Shown here: positions 1 through 12,452 of the stretch, one piece after another
Layout of the letters: each line of letters begins with the position of its first letter
Numbering within the stretch: position 1 is the stretch's first letter
Translations under genes and position numbers: made by a program
Assembly (NCBI GenBank): GCA_043228905.1
Contig: JBHGNT010000001.1
Coordinates: 17,236,001-17,300,000, forward strand
DNA from: Azolla caroliniana
Lineage: Eukaryota > Plantae > Polypodiophyta
Reading direction: 5' to 3'
DNA length: 64,000 nucleotides
The notes under the pieces: generated by a model
Database searches by the model: none
The model's input: the letters and a program-made list of their open reading frames with translations, nothing else
Told to the model about the DNA's origin: nothing

Positions 1-88
1 CACAGGAGATTTTAATGATTGTAATAACGCTGTAAATAGTGATCCATATTCTGTATAAAGCTCAGACAATACAACACCTGCTGGAATC
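1..88 (-). CDS. Importin-beta-like gene, exon 4 (partial, runs off the window)
   Basis: ttttgcAG acceptor at 90-89; completes the TG|G Trp codon and reads IPAGVVLSELYTEYGSLF without a stop. Confidence 0.75.
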
Positions 89-418
89 CTGCAAAACATG
101 TAGCAGATTGTGCATCACATTGCATCAATAAGGGAAAAATGCCAAAATACCCCTCAGTTGTCTTTATTTTCCCAGCCATGGACAACCCCTAAAACAAGGG
201 GCTGAATTAGCCATATATTTGCTCAAATAGCAAACACAATTTAGAAAAAGCGGATGATTTGACCATATAGTTTCTCAAAAAGAACATATGATTGCTCTTT
301 CCCAGTTTCAAGAATGGTGTTTGAGGAAACAATGAAAACTCGGGAGTTTTTCAAAGTTTTTCCTTAAAATTATATGAAAGAAAATTGCCAGAATATCAAG
401 TTCCCTTAGAAAACATAC

Positions 419-534
419 CATCTCTCAAAACATGCAAACATTTTTCCCAGAATTTCACTTTGATTGCATGAAACAACAACTGTATTCAGAAACAAGAGAA
501 CTTGGGGGCAGCATTCCTGCATACATTCTTTAAC
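419..534 (-). CDS. Importin-beta-like gene, exon 3 (VKECMQECCPQVLLFL...FACFERW)
   Basis: ttccAG acceptor, GTATGT donor at 418; 116 bp, continues the frame and ends in phase 2. Confidence 0.8.
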
Positions 535-614
535 CTGGAAACAAACATAACCTATATCAGTGATGAATTAAAGAGCTTATTTGTTCATAGAAGAACAATG
601 TGGTAGAAACAAAC

Positions 615-725
615 CATCCATGAAAGATTGCGCCCCCGATGTAATGTCTCTTCTGCTAAAGCAGTCAGCAAATCAACTTTAAGGGATAATTCTAGTACTG
701 AGTCCCCAAGAACAGTGGTTACCAT
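615..725 (-). CDS. Importin-beta-like gene, exon 2 (MVTTVLG...LLTALAEE...SWM)
   Basis: tgcAG acceptor at 727-726, GTTTGT donor at 614; 111 bp in frame; 'LLTALAEE' fits the Xpo1-like HEAT motif. Confidence 0.8.
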
Positions 726-1506
726 CTGCAACAGTAATCATAAACCTACAGCTTAAAACTAAATTTTGAAACAAATAGATGGAATATGAGAAAGAACTTG
801 GATTGTAAAAATAAGAAGGGGCACATGCTCAGATAGTTGACACCCGTACTATACACAACATGCTTAGTGTTACATGATGTCACAGGAATGAAGACACAAT
901 CAGCGAAACTATTGGATTGAAATGATCGACTGTCAGAACGGCCTTGTTTTCCAGATTTTGGAACCCTTAAAGGCCAGCTCCAAGTCCTTCCATATATCCC
1001 TGAAGTTGGACAGCTTGGATTGCTATTTTGGATTTTATAGACTCTTATGGCTGATTCTCTCGTTTACTTAATTCTTTCAGTCAAGGAACTCTGGGTTTCT
1101 GTTATGTGAATGCATTCCTAGATGTGTAGGTATATACATATGCCTTATTTGGGACTGTTTTCAGTGATCTCTAAGCTGTTTCCCAACTCCGTCCTCAGCC
1201 AACTTCACTCTATAATGATTTTCCCTGAAATGTTTTTCAACTGGGCTCGTGCATTGCACATACATCTTTTCCATGAATCAATGGAAGAGACGGAGAGAGG
1301 GAGAGAGAAGAAAAATAAATATCCATCTTTGCTAACATCACATGTATACCATTTTCATTGATCTATACTCTATACTTCAAATTTTCCAAACTAACATGGT
1401 CCACTGCTATCATTGCATGTATATATAAAATCTTTAGAAGAAGACAAAAAGCAGTCTTTAATTTAAAATTTAGACAAATTTACATTTAAGATTGTTTACA
1501 CTCTAC

Positions 1507-1971
1507 CTCATAGCAAGTATCAGCACCAGCAAGGGCGGCGGCAGCAGCAGCAACGATACACAGTCTCCCTCCAACCATAGCTTCGCGATGATTCAAAGGA
1601 ATCTGTCTCAATAGAACTTCATAAATCTGACGACCGTCTTGGGGAGGGACATTAATCCAATCGTTTCGGATTTTCGAAAGGAGAAGATTGAGAGAGAAAA
1701 AACGAACTTCTTGAAGCTTTCCTATATTTGATCCGTTAGGAGGGAAGGATAGATACAGAGAAGTCGGCCATGCTAGTGGCGAAGAAAGAAAATCTGTTAT
1801 CCATTCGTTAGCTGCGCGAAGGTGAGACTGATCACTCTTGATGCTGTTTGCCCCGTCATGGCAGAAGAGGATGGTGGAAATGGCGGACTCCAGCTCTTCT
1901 GCTCGATTATGGAGCATCTTACCTTCTTCTCTCTCTGTCTCTGTCTCTGTCTCTGTCTCTGTCTCGTCCAT
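1507..1971 (-). CDS. Importin-beta superfamily (transportin-3/importin-13-like) gene, exon 1
   Basis: ATG at 1971; IBN_N-like text 'RAANEWITDFLSSPLAW...QEVRFFSLNLLLSKIRNDW...RLCIVAAA'; GT donor at 1506-1505; 465 bp, phase 0. Confidence 0.8.
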
Positions 1972-2137
1972 TCTCTTCTCCTGCTTCTGTTCCACCTCAG
2001 AATCTCGCTTCTTCTGCTTCTGCTTCTGCTTCTTCTTCTTCTTCTTCTTCTTCTTCTTCCTCGCCTTCCTTTCCCTGCTTCTTCCTTTTTTTTCTTTTTT
2101 TCAAATCTCTGTCTCTCGGTGTTTTTAACTGACTGAC

Positions 2138-2174
<37 letters not shown>

Positions 2175-2269
2175 ACTACTACTACCTAGGGTTTCTCTCG
2201 GTCTCTATATGTACATACATATATGTACTGTGTACATATACATATACATACATATTCGACTTTTGAATT

Positions 2270-2311
<42 letters not shown>
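1931..2311. repeat. Microsatellite cluster around the gene start: (TCTGTC)n encoding ETETET, (TTC)n, (GA)n, (GT)n
   Basis: Directly visible simple repeats. Confidence 0.95.
2187..2194 (-). promoter_or_regulatory. Telo-box (AAACCCTA) next to a CT/GA tract in the 5' region of the importin-like gene
   Basis: TAGGGTTT on + strand about 220 bp upstream of the ATG; common plant promoter/5'UTR motif. Confidence 0.5.
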
Positions 2312-2314
<3 letters not shown>

Positions 2315-2520
2315 AGGTGGGATTGTTTAAAATCCTTTGGAAATTATTGATGAAAAAAGAACCCCATTGTAATGAACAAATAAATGTTCGGCAAATACCA
2401 AAAGAAAAAAAAAACCCCAAGATTATGGAGGCATGGAAGAAGAACAAATTTGATAACACTTGCCAAAATGTCTATAAGTACTTCCAAATTATATGTGTTA
2501 TATCTATATATATATATATA

Positions 2521-4730
2521 GGAAATTAGTAAATTCACAGTTTTTCCCGTATTTTCACAACTTTTTTTTTAGTTCAGAAATATGATTATTTGCACTACAA
2601 ATGAACGTAAAAACTGTTTCAAAACAGTTTATTAAGATTTGGAGCATGTTCTAGCATTGTGTCCAAGCTCTCCACACTTTGAGCACTTTCGCCCCTCTAC
2701 ATATTCAAAATGAGATTTGTCCCTTCTAATTGAAGCTCCCTTATTTTTGGCACCCACTGGTCTTCCTTTTTTGGGGGGGATGGAATCTGGCTATTCTTCC
2801 AAAGAAGCTATGATCAAAGCTCTCAAAGCAGAATATGTTCAAAAAGGTGTTGTTTTAACAACGAAAAGATCTGCTTATAACAAAGTTGAGTTGAAGTGTG
2901 ATTTGGGTGGAGAACCAAAGTTCAAGGAGACTAGCGATGGCGATCAGAAAAGGAAAAAGGGATCCAGGCTAACAAGTTGCACATTTGAAATCATTTGTGG
3001 GTGCAAAAAAGGCGTTTGGTATGTTCGAAAGATTTCGGGTGATCACAACCATGAAATACCTGATAGTTTGATTGGCCATTCGAAATATAGGAAATTAGAT
3101 GGTGAAAGTAAGATAAAAGTTCAATCGATGTACAAATCTAATGTTTAACCAAAGGAGATACTTAGTACTTTGAAAAAAGAGTCCCAAAATAATGCTTCAA
3201 TCCAAGAAGTATACAACGCCTTAAAGGGTGTTAAAAGAGATTTTTTAGAGGGCAAATCTCCATTGGAAACATTGTCAGATATTATCGCGTCCCCATAATA
3301 CACTGGTAAGCTGCGCTTGGATGACGGCGGTAGAGTTAATGGATTATTTTTGGTGTTCAATGAAGTTGTAAAGCTTGCTAAAAGATTGATGGGGTTTTCT
3401 TGTTGGACTGCACATACAAGACTAACAATTTTGGCATGCCCTTACTAAATTTCGTGGGAATTGCGTGTACGAATCAAACATTCAATGTTGTTGTTGCATT
3501 TCTTCCTGATGAGCAGGAAGAATCATACAAATGAGCGTTAAGGGAATTTAGCTCAATTGTCAGTCCAAGAGTAATAGCAACAGACCGAGAACTGGCACTG
3601 ATGAATGCTATTGCGGTGACATTCCTTATGTGTAAAAACGTCCTATGCATATGGCACTTTAACAAAAACGTTGGTTCCAAATGTAAAGGATTTTTCAAGA
3701 AAGAAGACAAATAGAAAATATTTCTACAAAGATGGAAGGAATTGGTCTATTCATCAACTATGAACAAATTCAATCAAAATATGAATGCTTTTTCGATATA
3801 CAATATCACAAATCCAGACGCATATGAGTTTATACTTAAAAAGTGGTTACCTTGGAAAGAAAGGTTTGTAACCTGTTACGTAAAGGATATACGTCATTTT
3901 AATTCTGTCACTACATCTCCTGCTGAAGGTAGTCATCGGGTCTTAAAAAGTTACATCAAAAATGGGAAATGAAATTTACTGGAAGTGGTAAAGAATCTCA
4001 ATTTGCTTTGGAAAAATCAGACTGCCAAGATTTTAAAAGAAATTGAATGTCAAAAACTAATTGTATGTGATAGACACAAAATTGGGTTGTTAAAACCATT
4101 GTAGAAGAAGTTGTCTTTGTTTGCATGGATGAAATACTTAAACCGTACAAGAAATCATTGAATGAAGAGGAAATGAAAAAGGTTTGCACCCAAAGCGTCA
4201 CTAGAACATTGGGATTACCTTGCAAACACACAATCAGGGAGCTAGTCGAAGAAGGTCAAGTACTAACTTATGCATATATTGACTCTCAATGGCTCTTAGA
4301 GTTGAATGCATCTTCTAGAGCCATTACCAATGTTAGTTTGAGTCAAAATATTTCACCAAGAAAAAATCTTATTGAGAGATTACATAATGAGTTGTACAAC
4401 AATCCTTAGACTCATTCGTCATCATTTATTAATCGTATTCAAAGTGTTTTGGATGATCCAACCAAAGAAATTCAGGATATTCAACCTCTTCAGTGCAAAA
4501 AAGAAAGACCAGTGGATGCCAAAAATAAGGGAGCTTCAATTAGAAGGGATAAATCTCATTTTGAATATGTAGAGGGGCGAAAGTGCTCAAAGTGTGGAGA
4601 GCCTGGGCACAATGCTAGAACATGCTCTAAATCTTAATAAAACCGTTTTGAAACAATTTTTACGTTCATTTGTAGTGCAAACAATCATATTTTTGAACTA
4701 AAAAAAAAAACTGTGAATTTACCAATTTCC
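2521..4730 (+). mobile_element. Mutator-like (MULE) DNA transposon with long TIRs, inserted in a TA repeat
   Basis: TIRs 2521-~2772 and ~4497-4730 (GGAAATT...AATTTCC); TATATATA on both flanks. Confidence 0.9.
2780..4637 (+). pseudogene. Decayed FAR1/MULE transposase
   Basis: FAR1-like CCHH DNA-binding domain (KCDLGG...HNH), LDCTYKTN, TDRELALMNA, CIWHFNKN, SWIM-like GLPCKH, C-terminal knuckle CSKCGEPGHNARTC; several stops and frameshifts. Confidence 0.9.
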
Positions 4731-4753
4731 TATATATAACATTAGTGAACCCA

Positions 4754-4818
<65 letters not shown>

Positions 4819-4850
4819 ACATTAGTGAACCCTCTGTGTGTGTGTGTGTG
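4731..4850. repeat. Compound (CT)n(AT)n(GT)n microsatellite with a 22-bp direct repeat
   Basis: TATATATAACATTAGTGAACCC at 4731-4752 and 4811-4832. Confidence 0.85.
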
Positions 4851-5336
4851 TCGATACATATTGTCTTCCAATGGAATGGTGCCAAAGAAGCCAAGTCCTC
4901 GTCTCCTTAAGGTTGAACCTAATCAATTGTGACTCTCCATATTGTGGTGTACTTTCACAATATGAATGAATACCTTTGCGAGAACTGGAAAATAGGAATG
5001 ACAACTACCTTGCATTTCACTTACATACATTCCATACCTTCTCTACTTTATTTAGGTTATAACCAAGCCAATTATGTGACTTAATGATGATACAATATAA
5101 ATATAGTGACATATAACAAGCGTGTACCATCCACCCTTTAACATCCTTTCCACCCAAGCAACACCATTTGGGGGAGCAATAGTATATCTTGTAATTTCTC
5201 CCAAGTAAATCCATCATTTAGGGGATATACATAACCATCGTCAAGCATCTTCAAATTTCAACAACATTAGAAATTCAATATCAACCACATCCTCCATTTT
5301 ACAAACCCCAAGTGAAACAAACGATTGAGTTGAGGT

Positions 5337-6205
5337 GACAATGCTTTCCTCATCCATCTTGTAGAAATTGTCGAAGACCTTTTTCTGGTTTTGGCATCGG
5401 CCTGGAGTATCTGGAGTTCCACCGCTTGTTGGGACCATTCATTCCATACAGATGATGAACAATCTTCGATCTTTGTCTTCGTTTGGTCCCACCATGCTCC
5501 GATGATCGTACGGATTCTATTAATGCTCAGCTTTGTCCTTTCTTCCGTGGCCTCCTTCTCTTTCTTGAATTGCTTGATGAGTTCGGCTGTCGCGTTTATC
5601 TGTACTTCATACTCCATACATTGGGTCTGGTAGGTCGTTTGCAACCTATCCAAAACCGTCTTTGCCCGTTGCACTTCCTCGTAGTGCTTCGCCGGTTCCT
5701 CCATCACCTTCGTCATCATCTCAGCCATCATTTTACCTTGATCCGTCAGCACCCTCATTTTTTTCTTCACCACCGTCCGGACCTCCTTAAGCTTTTGTTG
5801 TTGTCAGTCATAATCCAACACCAGCTTCTTATGGTCCGCTTCGAGTTGCTTATGGTCCCGGTGCAGTTTTTCAAAATCCTCTTGTTCCTTCTATTGCCGG
5901 ATCTCTTCTTTCAACCGCTCTATTTCCGTTTCAGCCATCCTCTGAAGCTTATCTTTTTCCTACAACAACTTCTCTCTTTCCTCCTTCAGCTGGTTGTTTG
6001 CTTGACTCTTCCAAACATTTTCCTCTGTTCGTCGGTTGTCTTCCTCTGTTCTCTTTCTTGCTCTCCTAATGCTTCTTGAGCGGTTAATTCCTCCCTTAGT
6101 GTTTGCATTTCCTGTTCTCACTCAACTTCTTTTTCCAGGGCTTTTCTGGCCACCAGTTCTACATCCGTTTCTAGAACTTTCTTCTGTAAATTAGCCGGTT
6201 CTACC
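5337..6205 (-). mobile_element. Element E, 3' piece: Athila-like Gypsy accessory coiled-coil ORF fragment
   Basis: 'WNEWSQQAVELQILQADA...FYKMDEESIV' matches element F (46560-46690); joins to 34913 once Copia A is removed. Confidence 0.8.
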
Positions 6206-6403
6206 TATTGGAAATTCGGATGAGAACCGGAGGAGCCGGATCGGATGAGTTGGATGAAGGAACCGGATCCGGATGAGACCCGGTGTCGAGACTCGAGGGT
6301 AGGAGATAGAGCGAGAGCGAGAGCGATAGCGAAAGAGAGAGAGAGAGAGTGTGTGTGTGTGCGCGTGAGAGAGAAAGACTAAGTGAGTGAGTGAGGGGGG
6401 GGG

Positions 6404-6458
<55 letters not shown>

Positions 6459-6531
6459 GACTTGAATTAGAAATGAGATTATATTATGATCAAACAAGAT
6501 TACAATGAGTAGGTAAAGGGCTAAAGACTAG

Positions 6532-6753
6532 TGTTGAACCGAATGAGTTGAAATGAATGTATGGACACTTATTTATAGATCCTTATGGAGTATTCTAGAA
6601 TGTTCTAGAATATTTTAGATTTTTATGATACAAAATATAATCATGAAATATTAAAGAATGTTCTAGAATATTCTAAATATCTCGTAATAACTAAAAATAT
6701 AATTATTATAATCACACAACATATATGTTATTACAATGGATAAGGGTTCAACA
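6532..6753 (-). mobile_element. 222-bp solo-LTR-like insert with heat-shock elements
   Basis: Termini TGTTGAACC...GGTTCAACA; TATA (CTATAAATA on -) 6570-6578; nGAAn arrays; TSD not clean (ACTAG/CATAG). Confidence 0.65.
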
Positions 6754-7633
6754 CATAGACCAAGAAGTCGTGGGTTTGATTCTTAATAAGCCAAAATGTT
6801 GTCTTTATGACATTATCCCCCGTTTCGATGACGAGTTCCATGAGTTAGAAGACAAGAGTTCGGACTTGGTTTATGGGGATATTTGTCGTGAAATGCAACA
6901 ACCATGTCGGAGGCATTAGCAAGATGCTTGACAGGCTCCCATGTTCAATCATTAGGTGTATAGCCTAACCAATCAACCAAATAATATAGTTTGTTGCGAA
7001 TGATCTTGGAGTCGAGAATGGTAGCAACCTCATATTCAGAGCCATTGGAAACTTCGATTGGAGGTGGGGGAGGTGTAAGACGACTCGGAATAGAGCTTGT
7101 TGTGTAGGGCTCCAAAAGTGAAACATGGAAGATCCGTGAAGTCGCATATGAGGAGGGAGTTCAAGACGAAATGTCACATCATTGATCTTACCAGAGATCA
7201 CATATGGGCCGAAACGTTGATAATCCAATATGTAACAAGGTCGGGTGGTTTTAATGCTACCTTGTAAGAGCCATACACAATCTCCTACTTGAAACGTAGT
7301 CGATGAATCACGCCGATGACGATCAACAATCTTCTTTTGAGTGTTTTGGGCATCACATAAATGATGCAAAAGTATATCCTGAACTTCTTGGAGTGGAGTG
7401 AGCCGATCTTCAGCAGTTGGGTTTTTCGGGAGCTTGGGATGTTCAAGCATTGTCCAACGAGGATGCTACCCAATGTTAGCAAAAAGTGGGGAATATCCAA
7501 TAGAAGAATGTTCGGAGTTGTTGTAAGCAAATTCCACCAAATGTAATAAATCCACCCAATCATCTTGTTGATAGTTGACAAAACTACGTAAATATTGTTC
7601 GATTGTTTGGTTGGTCCACTCACTCTGCCCATT

Positions 7634-8013
7634 AGTCTTTGTATGGTAGCCAGAAGAGAGTTTACAAGAACTATGTAAGATTTTGAAGATGTGTCGCCAA
7701 AATTTCGAGATGAATTGGGGACCCCGATCACTAATAATATCATCTAGAAGACCATGATGGCGAAACACCTCCCGCATGAGTAAATCGGTTGTCTCTTGAC
7801 TAGTAATGGTCTTCGTGCATGGAAGTCTCTGTATGGTAGCCAGAAGAGAGTTTACAAGAACTATGTAAGATTTTGAAGATGTGTCGCCAAAATTTCGAGA
7901 TGAATTGGGGACCCCGATCACTAATAATATCATCCAGAAGACCATGATGGCGAAACACCTCCCGCATGAGTAAATCGGTTGTCTCTTGACTAGTAATGGT
8001 CTTCGTGCATGGA
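7634..8013. repeat. 190-bp tandem duplication in the chromovirus integrase
   Basis: 7634-7823 repeated almost exactly at 7824-8013. Confidence 0.95.
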
Positions 8014-10549
8014 AGGAAATGCGAAATCAGAGGGATCAACTTCAAGTATAAAGCGCCTCATTGGATCGACATGCATTAAAATTGGTGTAGATGTAACCAC
8101 TTGCTTTAAACCCTCAAATGCAGAGTTCGCATCTATACCCCATACAAATGGTTGATTCTTGCGTGTTAGTTAAGTGAGGGGTATTACAATCTTTGAATAA
8201 TCTTTGATGCACTTGCGATAAAAGTTTGCGAACCCCAAAAAACATTGTACATCTTGCATAGACTGTGGTGTTTGCCAATACAAAATTGTTTGAACCTTTG
8301 ATGGATCCATAGAGATACCATTTGAAGAGACTATGTACCCCAAAAATTCCACTTAACACTAGTCGAAACTACACTTCTCCAATTTTGCATAGAGACCATC
8401 CTCTCGTAACCGTTGCAAAACTTGGCGAACATGTATCTCATGCTCCTCTTGAGTTTTTGAGTAGATCAAGATATCATCCAGGTAAATTATGATGAAGATA
8501 TCGAGGAAGTCTTAAAAAATGTCATTCGCCATATGTTGGAAAACTGTTGGTGCATTCATGAGACCAAATGGCATCACTGTATACTCAAAATCACCATAGC
8601 GAGTGCGGAATGTGGTCTTCGATTCATCCCTAGGATGAATTCGAACAAGGTTGTAGGCACCTCGAAGATCTAACTTCGTGAAATACTTTGCTCCACTGAG
8701 GCGTTCTAGAAGGCTTGAGATCAATGGTAGAGCATATCGGTTTCTAATAGTCACTTTATTCAAGCCCCGATAATCCACGACCATACGAAGCGTACCATCT
8801 TTCTTCTTAACAAAAAAGATGGGTGCACCAGCAAGAGATCTTGAAAGTTGGATAAAACAATTTGCCAGGTTCTCATCAATATATTCTCGAAGAACCTCTA
8901 ACTCCGTGGGTGAAAGGTTATAAATTGGCCCCCATGGAGGCTCTTTTCCTGGCTGCAAATCAATCGGGCAATCATATGGTCAATGCTCTGGTACTCTGTT
9001 AACCTTCACCTTATCGAACACATCGGAGAATTCTATGTACTTCTTTGGTAATTGGACCCCCAATTCTTGTGAGCTAGATGAGGGAGTTGCTAAAACCGCA
9101 AACACCATCATGTCTTCCTTCCTTACATCCTCTCGTAACTAATGTATAGAGATTGTTGAAATTGTGTGGGATCCTAGATCCTTTGTTGGAGTTTCAAGAG
9201 ACTCGGACTGTATTGTGATCTCTTCAATAGTTCTTTTTCTCCAATCAATAGTTGGGTTATGTAACTCAAACCAAGGAAGACCAAGAACTAGAGAGTGCTC
9301 TAGACTACTAATGATGTTGAATGAGATGATACTAGCCAAATTACCTAGGACTACACAAATTGGTTCAGACTCTTCGACTATATCACTTGATGCTATAGGG
9401 CGACCATCGATGACTCCTACAACTACTGGGTTCGGGAGCTTATTCAAGATGATGTTTTGGGTCAATGCAAACTCACGATCCATGAAACAAGAATTGGCTC
9501 CACAATCTAGGAGGGTAGAGGCTAGGACTCGATGACCTGTAGATGTGCTAAGCTCGATTTGTGCAGAAAAAACTCTACTAACTTGATTTGATGAAATGGA
9601 ACCACAACTAGGTACTGACTCTACATATCTAGGATGGTCCAACCAAATGGCTCCTATTTTGGCCGGACTTATTCGTTTAACACATCCTCTAATTGGCTCA
9701 AGACATCAAATCTATTCTCATGGCATGGGTTATTAGGCTTAGTAGTTAAGTTATTATAAGTGATAGTAGAACTCGAGGTAGGGTTTTCATGTGCACTTAC
9801 TTGGTAAACTTGACATCTGGGCTTAGGTGAACAATTCATATCAATATGTCCTGCACCACCACAATAGAGGCATAGGCTATGCACCCGACGTCGTTGTTTC
9901 TCAGCATCTGATAAAGGACCTTGACGTTGTGTTGACTCTATTTCCATCGAAGTGGTACCATCCCTGGTAACAGGTCTAGGAACTTGTGGCGGTGTTGCGA
10001 CTATTGAAGCATACGTCTGTTCCGGTTGGCGGCGTAGCATTTGTTGACGTTCAGAACGTCACTCAAATAGGCTATTATCACATCACATAGCTTGACTAAT
10101 AGCCTTTGTAAGAGAATTTGGATCTTCGTGGAAAGTAAGAAGAAGATCTTTGACATCGTTACGTAAACCCTGACGGAATTGATCCATTAAGGCTGCCTCA
10201 TCCCAAGGGATGTCACATGCCAAGAGACGGAAATCTGCGGCGTAGGCTGAAGCGAGTGAAATACTGAATTATTTTCTGTTGGAACCGCCGGTTGGCGAAG
10301 ACATAGAGCTCGAGGTTGTTGCCTTTGAGTCTCTTGTTGTACCTCCTTCCTCATATAGTGATAGTTGGAGCTTGTGGGGTCTCGTGGTTTTTTCCCTGTT
10401 AGGATTTTCCACGTAAACATCATGTGTCGTCTCTTCGGTGTAAGTGTATGAACCTCCACTTATGTTTTTTGTTCTTTCATAAAGTGTTTGAGTCTCGGTT
10501 GTGGCCGAGCGCTATTCCTCACAAATTGGTATCAAAGCGGACGAGAAAA

Positions 10550-11658
10550 ATGGAAGAGTCATTTGGAAGCATGTTCAAGCTCACTGGCACCAACTACCCA
10601 GTGTGGAAGTCGAAGATGAGGGACATGCTCGTGGTCAAAGATCTCTAGCTGCCAATGCAGTTCAGGGACAAGAAACCGGACAAGATTGATGCCACGACAT
10701 GGGAGGTGATGCACATGAAGATGATGACATACATAAGAAGCTTCATCGACATGATCATGTACAACAACTTCAACGAAGAAAACAAGGATCATGAACTTTG
10801 AGAGAAGGTAGGCATCATGTTCCAAAACAAGAATATCGTGAATCGAGTCTCGTTTTTTCGAAAGTTGGTGAGACTCAGAGATCAAGACATGTCCAGTATG
10901 GCAGAGCACACGAATGCCATCCAGGGGCTCATACATCAAGCCACCTCATTGGAAGTACCTCTAGCCAATGAGGTACTTGTGTTGTTATTGCTTGGTTCCC
11001 TCTCGGATAGCTGGGAGACGCTAGTTGTCACTTTGGGCAATGCTGGGCTGGAAGGAAAGCAATTATCCCTAGCAAGAGTGAAGTTGAGCTCACTAGATGA
11101 AGAGGCGTGTCGGAAAGGCAAGGAAGTGATATCCAACCCAAAAGCCCTGATTTCCAAATCCGACAGACAACGAGGGACAAACCGGTATTGGAGTTCCTAG
11201 AACTGGGAAAAGTCGGGGACAAGGTCAAAGTCAAGGGGGAGGCCTACTTGCTTCTATTGTGGGAAGCTAGGACACTTCCAAAAGAATTGTCGACACTTTC
11301 GGAAAGAGAAAGGAACCGACAACAATGATTCGAAGAAGAGTCCAGACCGAAATGGTTCGAACCGGAGACGTCTGGATCGGAAATGAACGTCGATGATCGC
11401 GACAAGTGAAGAAGAATTGCTGCTCATCACTGAGGAGAATGAGTTAAACCTTATCGGCGATGAGACAACGTCGGATGTCGATTCCGGAGCGTCATTCCAC
11501 CTGGTATCGGATCGGAGATGCTTCTCATGCTACACAACCAGAGATCACGGTTGTGTCCAGATGGGGAAGGAAGGGATCTGCTAAATCATTGGCATAGGAG
11601 ATGTGTTGTTGATGACATCAACCGGATGCATGTTGCTACTAAAAGATGTCTGACACAT
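10550..11658 (+). pseudogene. Copia A gag-protease (5' part)
   Basis: MEESFGSMFKLTGTNYPVWKSKM, LLLGSLSDSWE, CFYCGKLGH knuckle, VDSGASFH protease. Confidence 0.9.
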
Positions 11659-12434
11659 TGTCGTGAAGATTTTGGGCCATTGATAGAAACAAAGTGAAAC
11701 GAGCGGGAGCACTGGTGTGCACGAGTGCACACCCCTGGTGAATTAGATAGTGTAAATACTAGGCATAGGGATAGGGAAAGGGGAGGTGTACTAGGTAGTT
11801 AAAGCATTAATAGCGATTCAAACATCACGTAAGTAGGGAGAGTTACGAGGAGAGCGAATAAGGAGGGAGAATTTAGGAAGTTAAAGCGACAAGGCCATGA
11901 ATGCTCTGTAACGGTCGCTCATTTGTGCTATAAAAGGGACGACCCTCGACTGTTTTTAGGGGATGTCAATTTTAGAGAGAGGAAAAAGGAAACAGAAACC
12001 AAAGAAGACGAGGAGTCCTACGATGTGCCACCGGAAGGCGCTTCCCCTGCTCGCGTCAGATGCCCGAGTGCTCCCGACCGGGGGATCGACCTTCTGTGTG
12101 CCCACCCATCTTTGTACCTGACTACTATAGAGCCTACGCTCGAACACCGACGCTGATCCGGTTGTAATCACCCGCAACGCCACACACACATATTGATTAA
12201 TAGAAGCTTATCCACCTAACGCAAGTTATTCTTAACATACATGTTTGCACATGTGTCTACGCACATTCCTCTTACGCTATCTCTCTCTCGTTTCGCTAAT
12301 CTTTATGTTTAAACCCCGGTTTCGGGGCTCATGTAAACTACAAACTCTCCCCCCTCACTTCTTGATTCCTTGGTTCAAGACCCTCATGGTCCTGCCCAAC
12401 TTCTACGCATCCGCGAGGATATCCTCGACATCTT

Positions 12435-12452
12435 TGGTGAACCCGACGTGAA
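12435..12452 (+). other. PBS complementary to plant tRNA-Trp 3' end (TGGTGAACCCGACGTGAA)
   Basis: 18-nt complement of ...TTCACGTCGGGTTCACCA (recalled plant tRNA-Trp); same motif at 27543-27560, 36293-36310 and 48557-48574 on minus, always 4 nt from the LTR. Confidence 0.85.

Larger units (their letters stand above)
6482..10257 (-). mobile_element. Tcn1-like chromovirus (Ty3/Gypsy), 5'-truncated, inside the 5' LTR of A
   Basis: gag with CLYCGGAGH knuckle, protease LLDCGANSCF, RT (YLDDILIYS), integrase ISDRGPQF, chromodomain YEVATILDS...YLVDWLGY...TWEP (~6870-7035), PPT 6813-6826, 3' LTR ~6482-6812. Confidence 0.85.

Noticed and set aside
1972-1995. Listed ORF start MEQKQEK at 1995 and end VECKQS at 1486
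   Set aside because: 1995 is GTG, not ATG, and the last residues lie past the GT donor at 1506.
1822-2538. Plus-strand and short ORFs near the gene start
   Set aside because: They are translations of microsatellites or antisense shadows of exon 1.
4850-5336. Unassigned stretch between the MULE and element E
   Set aside because: No recognisable motif, termini or convincing ORF.
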